Shown in pieces: positions 56,736 to 64,000 of a stretch of 64,000 bases of DNA. The DNA lies in assembly GCA_002422165.1 (NCBI GenBank), contig DITQ01000001.1, positions 71,919 through 135,918 of the forward strand. The letters run 5' to 3'. How positions within the stretch are numbered: the first letter of the stretch is position 1; each line of letters opens with the position of its first letter. The notes below the pieces were generated by a model. The model did no database searches. It worked only from the letters and a program-made list of their open reading frames with translations, and had not been told where the DNA came from. Position numbers and translations under genes: made by a program. The stretch comes from Candidatus Pacebacteria bacterium UBA6180 (GTDB taxonomy: Bacteria; Patescibacteriota; Microgenomatia; UBA1400; PJMF01).

Positions 56736-57482
56736 ATGAATCTTTTCAATTTATTTAAACAAAAAAAGCCTGATTTTTTTGCAAAAAACCAACTTGTCAA
56801 TCAAACTGAATGTCCATACTGCAAAAGCCAATTGGATAAAGTCCCGTCTAGAAAAACAAAATGTACTAATTGTAACGAATACATCTATGTAAGGACTAGA
56901 CCTTCAGATAGGGCAAAAATATTAGTCACAAAACAACAAGCAGAGAAAATAGAGGAACAATGGAATGAGTATCATGAGAAAAAACAACTCGATGAAATTG
57001 ACCCAAGCGTTTTTGAAAAAGAAAGAGAACAGCTCAGATCTGATTTTCATGGGCAAGAGCCGTCAGAATATGATATTAGATGGAGATTGCTTGCCAAAGA
57101 ATCTTTGGAACATGCAAAAAATAATAATTGGGGGTTGTACAGAAATACCCAACTCAAAAAAGCTGTTCAGTTAAAAGTTGAGAAGAAATATTTAGATGCC
57201 TTGGATTTTTATCTTGACCTTTGTTATCTAGATTTGAATGGTCCAAACAATGGAGGTAAGATTGGAACTGAATACTTGCCTTTTGATCCAAGAAATGGGA
57301 ATGGTTTTCTAGCTCCGGGAATAATTGAAGAAATTAAACAAATTATCTCCAAGCTTAGTTTAAAGCAAAGTGCAGTTGAAACGAGGTTTTTGAAACGCAC
57401 TCAGATTATTTTTAAATCAATGAAGTTGCCTCTTGATCCAGAAGAATGTTGGATAAAGCTTAAACAAGCTATTTTGAGGTAA
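56736..57482 (+). CDS. Hypothetical protein with an N-terminal zinc ribbon
   Basis: CPYCKS...CTNCNE. The ATG at 56736 is 2 nt after the upstream stop. The ORF-track start at 56682 is rejected as overlapping. Confidence 0.45.
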   Translation: MNLFNLFKQKKPDFFAKNQLVNQTECPYCKSQLDKVPSRKTKCTNCNEYIYVRTRPSDRAKILVTKQQAEKIEEQWNEYHEKKQLDEIDPSVFEKEREQLRSDFHGQEPSEYDIRWRLLAKESLEHAKNNNWGLYRNTQLKKAVQLKVEKKYLDALDFYLDLCYLDLNGPNNGGKIGTEYLPFDPRNGNGFLAPGIIEEIKQIISKLSLKQSAVETRFLKRTQIIFKSMKLPLDPEECWIKLKQAILR

Positions 57483-57493
57483 GAACTTACAAT

Positions 57494-58129
57494 TTAAAAC
57501 TGTCCATCTAGAATATTTTCAACGCAGAGCTCATGCAGGTATGCCTCATCATTCTTCTCGATGAGCTGATAATAGATTCTTGCTTTGTGTGCTTCGTAAC
57601 CATTAATAACTATTTCAGAGACAGAATTACCTTTTATTGAATCAAGATATCTTTGATTATCTGATTTAGGGTTCAGAACGAGTAGATTGCTATTCAAATT
57701 AAATGACAAACCTTCACTAACTTGATGATCTATTGATGGTTCGTATATAACAATGCCACCTGAGATTGCATCAACAATAGCAAATCCCTGACATTCGGTA
57801 CCACATCCCCAAGTTGCTACAGTGTAATGTCCTGCAAAGTTTGGACCATCAGCTGATTGGTGCATTATGGTAGTGCTAAATAACTTCGCTTCAGGAAATG
57901 AATCAAAATTAACTGAGGCTGGTTTTTCTGAGAAAATCTCAACAGCTGAACTGTCTACTTTTGAGAGTACTTCGTCGCAAACAGAAATAGAACTTAATTT
58001 TGAAGATACAATCTGACTTTCGATTCCAACAAATTTTGAATATTTTGCTCCAAAATAAAATGATATTATTGTGGCTAAAATTAATAATAAGCAACTTCTA
58101 ATAATTTTCATAATAAGTAATAGAAACAT
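57494..58129 (-). CDS. Hypothetical secreted/membrane-anchored protein (211 aa)
   Basis: N-terminal hydrophobic signal or anchor. Its ATG immediately follows the stop of the WYL gene. Confidence 0.45.
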   Translation of the reverse strand: MFLLLIMKIIRSCLLLILATIISFYFGAKYSKFVGIESQIVSSKLSSISVCDEVLSKVDSSAVEIFSEKPASVNFDSFPEAKLFSTTIMHQSADGPNFAGHYTVATWGCGTECQGFAIVDAISGGIVIYEPSIDHQVSEGLSFNLNSNLLVLNPKSDNQRYLDSIKGNSVSEIVINGYEAHKARIYYQLIEKNDEAYLHELCVENILDGQF

Positions 58130-58789
58130 TTAGTAATATTTTCTAAAATTCTTAGCATTTTCTATTTGTGAATCTGACTTATTTATGTAATCATAATTAA
58201 CAGAAAAATTTTCACCCAACTTAATGTTCTTCATTCTATCTAACCTAAACGTTCTCAAGTCATTTCTATAGGTACAATAGGCAACACAATAAGTGCTGTT
58301 TACGTTATATGGATGAATTGTTCTGCTAAAGCCCTTGTAGTTGATTGTGGCTTCCCTGTGCTCTTTGACAGCTATTGCAATGATTTCCTGATTTGTTTGA
58401 CCACTGACTTTAGTGGAATTCTTTTCCTTTATTTTTTCGTCTCTAAGTCTCCAAAGAAAAGTACTATCAATTTCGCACTGATCCTTTAAAGATCCATATA
58501 AAAGACTGTTTACAATAGATCTCTCTAAGCCAAGTTTAGATGCTATATCTTTGGCTTTAATACCATCACTTTCCTCAATTATTTTCAAAACCCTTGTCTT
58601 CAATGAAACTTTTGTCTTGTTAGCCAGACCACTTTGGCTTAATGGGTGCCACCCATAATTTTCATCCTTGTAACAACGTCCTTTGAGTTTTTCAATTAAG
58701 ATGTTGTAAGTAATTAAGTAATTTTGAAAAGCCTTTTTCGCAATTTCTTGACCAGTTAGTCCAGGATAGTTGCTTACTATTTCAAGCAC
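58130..58789 (-). CDS. wHTH-WYL domain regulator module; GTG start with an open upstream frame through a Zn ribbon (possible C-terminal module of the helicase)
   Basis: Two HTH-like segments and a WYL-domain signature ...IHPYNVNSTYCVAYCTYRNDLRTFRLDRMKNIKL. There is no ATG start, and the frame is stop-free for 116 codons upstream. Confidence 0.55.
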   Translation of the reverse strand: MLEIVSNYPGLTGQEIAKKAFQNYLITYNILIEKLKGRCYKDENYGWHPLSQSGLANKTKVSLKTRVLKIIEESDGIKAKDIASKLGLERSIVNSLLYGSLKDQCEIDSTFLWRLRDEKIKEKNSTKVSGQTNQEIIAIAVKEHREATINYKGFSRTIHPYNVNSTYCVAYCTYRNDLRTFRLDRMKNIKLGENFSVNYDYINKSDSQIENAKNFRKYY

Positions 58790-59088
58790 AACCTCCTCTG
58801 GAGTTTTTGAATACTCAGTGCCTTTGTTGTTTTTTACACCTGATTTTCCATCTGAATTAGCTATTGGTTCTTGTCTCTTAAAATACTTATTTCTGTATTT
58901 ATTTAATTCGTCAAAGCTGAGACTAGATCTAAATTTATGAAGCCTCGTGTGTCTGTCTTCTTCATAACAAAATAAGCAAAAGTCTATATTCTTGAATGGG
59001 AAAGCATAACTTGCATAAATATTTTCACATTTTTCACAAGTTCTATCTTCTTTATTAATCAGTTTTTCTATCTGTCTATGGAAATCTT

Positions 59089-62000
59089 CTAAAACATCAG
59101 GGTTTTTGACTTTTTTTTTACGATGTTGGTTAATCGTTCATCAAGAGTTTGGATAGGATCTTTGCCAATATTAAACTTATTAATCCTTAAGAATTTATAA
59201 CCATAACCTTCAAGAACCTTCTGCCTATAAATGTCGTTTTCATTCATGTAATACTCATAATTATATTGATCAACGTCGGATATATTTTCGCTAAAGTGTT
59301 CTTTGAAACCATCGTATTCAATAATAATCTTCTCGTCTTTATACATTAATAAAAAGTCAACTTTATATTTAGGATGAATATAGTTGCCATCAAGTTGCTG
59401 GAGATAATCACCTAATGGAAACTGAGGTTTGAGCTCAATGAATTCTTTGTTTTGTTTGTAAAAATTTGTTTGTTCAAAATAATGTTTTATTTTATCTTCC
59501 ATCGGGGAGTTTGGATCAGTTTGTCCAAGAGTTTTACCTCTTCCAACTTCTAATTCATTTTTATAGTGAAGAAGTGCATTCTTAATCTCTCCTTTAAATT
59601 CTTCTGGTTGTTTACTCAAAATGAAGTGCATGCAATTTTTTGCACGACTAAAACCAACATTAAGTCTTTGAGATTTAACTGTTCCGTCAACCTCATCACT
59701 CAGTTTTGCTAAATCGATGGGAAAAATCCAATTAAGCCTGTCCTTTTCTTTAGTGGCAACCATTGAATAGAAAATACAATCTCTTTCTTCTCCCTGACAT
59801 GTGTCAAATGTCATGATTTTTAGTTTACATTTGCCAAAAAGCCAATCTCTTTCTTGAAGTTCGTTAATTTTGTCAAATAAGAGAGTCACTTGCTCACGAT
59901 GTGGAGTAATTATTCCAAGAGTCTGTTCTGTGCCAGCATCATGAAACTTCTTTAATTGTTTGATAATATGATTTACTTCCATCTCGTTTGTATTTTTTAA
60001 TTCATCAAATTTACCATCATGATCAATAACATCAAACTTTATAACATCATCAATGGGAACACCCCTTACTTTCATGCATTGGAGCGAATCAGCGTAGAAA
60101 TATTTATCTGAAAATGAAATAATTTCTGGATAGCATCTAAAATGTTTTTTTAATTGGCATTCATAGTTTCTTATGAATCTCATGAACTTTAAAATTGAAT
60201 TTTTAACATCAAAGTTTTCTTGTACTTTGGTTAACCAACCATAGTTTGATTCTTCTTTACCTTTCTCCAATAGAAAAGCTTCTTGAACTTTCTTCTTCAG
60301 TTCTTGATTCGTAACTTTGCTAGCATTATTAGCTTTAACATTGGAAAACTGCTTATCATCACCTAAAACAACGATTTGTTTTCCTCTTATTAGTGCAGGT
60401 AAAGATTGAGCAATGCTTACTTGTGAAGCCTCATCAATGATAATTAAGTCAAACAAATCTTTCTCAAGTGGAATATACTCAGCATAATCTCTAATTCCAG
60501 CCAATATGCAGGGAAAAGCTTTTTTTAGATTTCTGAATAATTCTTTAGGGAATTTCTGTTTTTTTCTTAATATATTTTTGAGAGTATTGACGTCACCAGC
60601 AAAGCTACTTGTGTACTCGATGATTCGTTTATCTAAGAAGTAAGTCATTTGAGCAGTAACAAGATGTTCAATTGTTGTAACTCCCTCTGAGTAGAAACCA
60701 TTTTCTTGAATTCCGAATTGGTCTTCAAGTTTTCGCTCTATTTCCTTATATTCAAGATAAGTATTAATTTCTTCTTCTGAATGTTTCTCGATCTCACTGT
60801 TAATGTCTTTGAGATAATTAAAATCACTGTGCAATTTAATCTGATCTGACAGTTTAGGATATTTGTTTCTGAAATCTTTAACAAATTGAATATCATCAAA
60901 TAGTTCTAGTACTTTCTTGAAATCTGCAATTATTGTTTCAACTCTTTGAATAGAGGCGTCAAAATTTTGTGTAGTTAACTTTTCTACATCAATTTCAACA
61001 CCAAGAGTATTTAAGAAACTAATTTGCAAGTCGTAGTTATTCACCTCGTTTATAAGGTTCACGACCTCAATTGCTAACTCAGTTTGCCTTAGTTCTTCTA
61101 AATTCTTAATTGCATAGTCAGGATAATCTTCACAAAAACCAATCAGTTTTTTGCTTGACTTAGCCAAACTGGTTGGGAAATTTAGGTCCATATCTTGTTG
61201 TAAACAATTAAATATAAATTTGAATTCTTCGTCCCCTAATGAGTTATTAGCGATTTTTTCGTTTAAAATTTCCAGAACGTTTAGCACTTCCAAGATTCGT
61301 TGAAAGTTTTTATCTGGATTTTCAATGTTGAAATAGTGGAAGCTTTTTTTAATTGATCTTGTTAAATCATTGACTTGGTTTCCACTTAGCAAAAATCCAA
61401 TCAAAGGCTTCTTTAATTTTTGAAGGTTTATGCAATATTGTTTCAGCTCAGAAAGTGACTCTTTAACAGATTGTTCTTTTGGGACCACAAAATTTGCCAA
61501 AAAGTCTTTATCTCGTAAATTACTACTAAGAATACGATCAGATTCGTTATAGATGCCCCTAAGTAATTCATATTTGCTTACATTATCTTGTAGTTTCTGA
61601 ATATTATCTTTATGATCAAATTTTAGTGCTTCCTCATTAATTGTGATCTCTATTAAACTTTGCATCTCTTCTAGAACATCACTTATTGTTTTTGAAAAAT
61701 TAAGTAACCATTTTTTATTTTGATTTTTAAGCTCTGAGTATGAAAACTTAGAAGATAATTTTTCTTTTGAGGTCTTGATTCCGATCAATAAATCATACAA
61801 ATCTTTAAGTTTTTCTAAATTTTCTTCTGATACATTCTCTAGTGAAATTCGAATTTTATAGTTCTCCGTAATTTTTTCAATCGATGTTTTTAGGCTGGGT
61901 AAATCAGTGCTTAGATCAGAGAGATTTTCTGAGGAAATCCAATTGATTTTTTCAAAATTTTCAGCATGATGAAAGTAATATTCAATGTCCTTGATTGAGA

Positions 62001-63771
62001 TGCCTTCAAAATAATTAATATTATCTTTTATATTGTTTTTTAAGTTATTTACAGCTTCAGTTCTGATCTGATCGTACTCATCTTTTCTTGCCTTATAAGC
62101 CTGATAGTGTTCTCGAATTTTTTGAATAGTTTGACCTTGAACAATTTTATAGAATTTATTGCCAGACTTTCCCAGTCTTAAAATTGGATTTTGAAAATCA
62201 TCTTCGTGCCTAATTTTGTTAAGTGTTTGAGAAATCTTATCTTCAACAACATCCAACGCTTCTTTTTTATCAGATAAAACCAATACAGACTTTTCTTCTA
62301 GTAATGCCTTACAAATAACAGCGGTAATTGTATGACTTTTCCCAGTTCCAGGTGGTCCTTCCAATACTAGAAATTTACAGTCTGGCTTTTCAAGAGCCAT
62401 CAGCACTTGTTTCTGTTCGTCGTTAAGTGGAATTGGACTATCAAATACAAGTTTGTTGGGTATTTCTTTTTCTAGCCATTCATCATCTATTTCTAAAGTA
62501 AAATCTTTCGGATTTTCTTCTATGAAACTCTTCAACAGTTCATCAAACTTAGCGAGCAACAATCCTTTATCATTTAATATTTCTTCATAATCATTAATGA
62601 GTGACTCATCAGACTTATCAAATAAATAAAAGTAGGATTTGTTTGATAATGAAGCAATTAAATTAATTCCTTTTTGTGGAGCTGAGTCTTGAATATTAAT
62701 GTTTCTGTTTAATTCAAAGAAGTTCTCAATCTTCTTAATTGTTGACTCTAGTTGTCCTTGAAAGTTTTCGTGCTCATTAAGATATATTATTCTTTCAAAC
62801 TCACCAGCTAAGGTTGCTTGTCTTTTAACTTGTAGGTTGTACTCTTGAACAACGAATTCAACTGCTTTCGTATTGATGAAAATTCTGCTATCAAACTTCA
62901 GGATAAAATTGTTATCTTGTTTTTCGATAGATAGGGGTAGATAAAAAACTGGAAACTTCTCATTGCCAAGCGAAATTTCATAAAAATAAAGATAAAGCTC
63001 AGTTTTGTCTATTAATTTATTATTTCTAAACAACTGATAGAAATCATAAAATGCGTCACTGACTGCAAAATTATGAAAGAAATTTAATAGATTACCTTTT
63101 ATTTCAGATAATATTATTGATTTCTTTAACTCCTTTTTTATATCGAACGACTTAAGATCCTGAGAATAGTTCTGTAATAGATCATGAAGGCTGGCTTCAA
63201 AGGAAGAAAATAACGCATCAACAATGTCAACTTCTAGTTGGTATTTGCTATTTTCATCGGCAAGCTCTAGGTTTTCTAATGGTTTATCTAGCTCATCTAA
63301 AAAAGGAAGAATAAGCTTCTTTGCGACTAACTTCTTTGTCCCTTCTTTCGTCTCCTCAAGAAACTTGTCGTGCTCCTTTTTAAATAGGAGGTAGTTTTCT
63401 TGAACCAATGCTTCAATATCTTGGAATAAATCTTTGAGATCATCTTGTTTTAGTTGATCAATTTTCTTTGAAATAAGTTCAATGAGCGAGCTTGGAATAT
63501 TGGTAGTGTAAGCTCCTTTTTTCAATAAAAATTCCTCTTTTGGAAAACCTTTATTTAGGGAACCTATTAGGAACTTTTTTAATGAGTCATACTTATCTAA
63601 ATCAATAGCTACCTTTAAGCCATTCTGAACCTTTTGAATAGTGTTTCTTTTGGGAATTCTTCTTTTTTTAAAATCAGTTTCCAAGAAATTCATGAAGTAC
63701 TTAGCCACCTCTTTAACAAAAGAGGAGACTTGATGATCTTGTTTATTTTGGTTTTCACCTGAATCACTCAC
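59089..63771 (-). CDS. SF1B (Upf1/AAA_11-AAA_12-like) helicase with a C-terminal DUF559/Vsr-like endonuclease domain (Hhe-like architecture)
   Basis: Walker A LVLEGPPGTGKSH, motif II IIDEASQ, VLGDDKQ, motif VI-like TCQGEERD. C-terminal IIIEYDGFKEH...GYKFLRINKF matches the DUF559/REase pattern. N-terminal 450 aa are unknown. Confidence 0.7.
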   Translation of the reverse strand: MSDSGENQNKQDHQVSSFVKEVAKYFMNFLETDFKKRRIPKRNTIQKVQNGLKVAIDLDKYDSLKKFLIGSLNKGFPKEEFLLKKGAYTTNIPSSLIELISKKIDQLKQDDLKDLFQDIEALVQENYLLFKKEHDKFLEETKEGTKKLVAKKLILPFLDELDKPLENLELADENSKYQLEVDIVDALFSSFEASLHDLLQNYSQDLKSFDIKKELKKSIILSEIKGNLLNFFHNFAVSDAFYDFYQLFRNNKLIDKTELYLYFYEISLGNEKFPVFYLPLSIEKQDNNFILKFDSRIFINTKAVEFVVQEYNLQVKRQATLAGEFERIIYLNEHENFQGQLESTIKKIENFFELNRNINIQDSAPQKGINLIASLSNKSYFYLFDKSDESLINDYEEILNDKGLLLAKFDELLKSFIEENPKDFTLEIDDEWLEKEIPNKLVFDSPIPLNDEQKQVLMALEKPDCKFLVLEGPPGTGKSHTITAVICKALLEEKSVLVLSDKKEALDVVEDKISQTLNKIRHEDDFQNPILRLGKSGNKFYKIVQGQTIQKIREHYQAYKARKDEYDQIRTEAVNNLKNNIKDNINYFEGISIKDIEYYFHHAENFEKINWISSENLSDLSTDLPSLKTSIEKITENYKIRISLENVSEENLEKLKDLYDLLIGIKTSKEKLSSKFSYSELKNQNKKWLLNFSKTISDVLEEMQSLIEITINEEALKFDHKDNIQKLQDNVSKYELLRGIYNESDRILSSNLRDKDFLANFVVPKEQSVKESLSELKQYCINLQKLKKPLIGFLLSGNQVNDLTRSIKKSFHYFNIENPDKNFQRILEVLNVLEILNEKIANNSLGDEEFKFIFNCLQQDMDLNFPTSLAKSSKKLIGFCEDYPDYAIKNLEELRQTELAIEVVNLINEVNNYDLQISFLNTLGVEIDVEKLTTQNFDASIQRVETIIADFKKVLELFDDIQFVKDFRNKYPKLSDQIKLHSDFNYLKDINSEIEKHSEEEINTYLEYKEIERKLEDQFGIQENGFYSEGVTTIEHLVTAQMTYFLDKRIIEYTSSFAGDVNTLKNILRKKQKFPKELFRNLKKAFPCILAGIRDYAEYIPLEKDLFDLIIIDEASQVSIAQSLPALIRGKQIVVLGDDKQFSNVKANNASKVTNQELKKKVQEAFLLEKGKEESNYGWLTKVQENFDVKNSILKFMRFIRNYECQLKKHFRCYPEIISFSDKYFYADSLQCMKVRGVPIDDVIKFDVIDHDGKFDELKNTNEMEVNHIIKQLKKFHDAGTEQTLGIITPHREQVTLLFDKINELQERDWLFGKCKLKIMTFDTCQGEERDCIFYSMVATKEKDRLNWIFPIDLAKLSDEVDGTVKSQRLNVGFSRAKNCMHFILSKQPEEFKGEIKNALLHYKNELEVGRGKTLGQTDPNSPMEDKIKHYFEQTNFYKQNKEFIELKPQFPLGDYLQQLDGNYIHPKYKVDFLLMYKDEKIIIEYDGFKEHFSENISDVDQYNYEYYMNENDIYRQKVLEGYGYKFLRINKFNIGKDPIQTLDERLTNIVKKKSKTLMF

Positions 63772-63866
63772 AAGTATTTACTTTCAATATTATTTGTCTG
63801 ATGTCACTTAATTATAGACCATAAACTCTTACCTTGGATTATCAATATTAGTGAAAGTAACAGTAC

Positions 63867-63920
63867 GTGCTTCTATGTCAACGCATATGCGTTTATATGC
63901 TTCTATGTGTGCATATATAC
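63867..63920. promoter_or_regulatory. Direct repeats TGCTTCTATGT-N4/5-GCATAT (x2, 30-bp spacing) with CATATG palindromes, 100 to 150 bp upstream of the helicase start
   Basis: Seen directly. A candidate operator, for example for the downstream WYL regulator. Confidence 0.3.
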
Positions 63921-64000
63921 ATTGAAATATCAATCTAATTTTCAATTTTGCTAGTTGCAATTACGTAGTAAGGGAGCTAGAGTAAAGCTACTCGCAAGAG

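Overview
The window has no rRNA genes, CRISPR arrays, transposases or integrases. It looks like a small-genome bacterium of low to moderate GC using the standard code (TGA and TAG terminate long ORFs). The gene content is reminiscent of Patescibacteria/CPR-type genomes, but that is inference only.

Positions 1 to about 46.5 kb are mostly housekeeping and envelope genes: a PKD-repeat surface protein with sortase, secDF, the CCA-adding enzyme, recJ, a DsbA-like oxidoreductase, a PrmC-like methyltransferase, glycosyltransferases, an ADP-forming acetyl-CoA synthetase, a CoaD-CoaE fusion, exonuclease III, a sensor kinase, a PRTase-like protein, ftsEX with an EnvC-like M23 factor, prfB, a patatin, transporters, riboflavin kinase, uppP, a Na+/Ca2+ exchanger, a PMT/ArnT-like glycosyltransferase, and an ArsR, thioredoxin-like and permease cassette. 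Two tRNAs (Ser-GCT, Arg-CCG) lie on the minus strand.

The features that stand out are:
- A 1530-aa protein next to tRNA-Arg carries two tandem MutS-type ABC ATPase domains.
- A roughly 76-nt intergenic element occurs three times on the same strand.
- A 34-bp tandem repeat follows the PRTase gene.
- A roughly 17 kb AT-rich accessory island (about 46.6 to 63.8 kb) holds three candidate modules: a tightly overlapping four-gene operon (multi-Zn-ribbon protein, DUF4365-like PD-(D/E)xK protein, two unknown proteins) with no recognisable NTPase; a three-gene operon (multi-TM signal-peptidase-I with CAP-domain fusion, DUF2779-like Cas4-type nuclease, Zn-ribbon protein); and a 1560-aa Hhe-like SF1B helicase with a DUF559/Vsr-like nuclease domain.
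- The helicase stop codon sits just after an A9 homopolymer. The +1 frame is stop-free for about 116 codons through a Zn ribbon into a wHTH-WYL regulator, which suggests a fused or frameshift-controlled helicase-WYL module.
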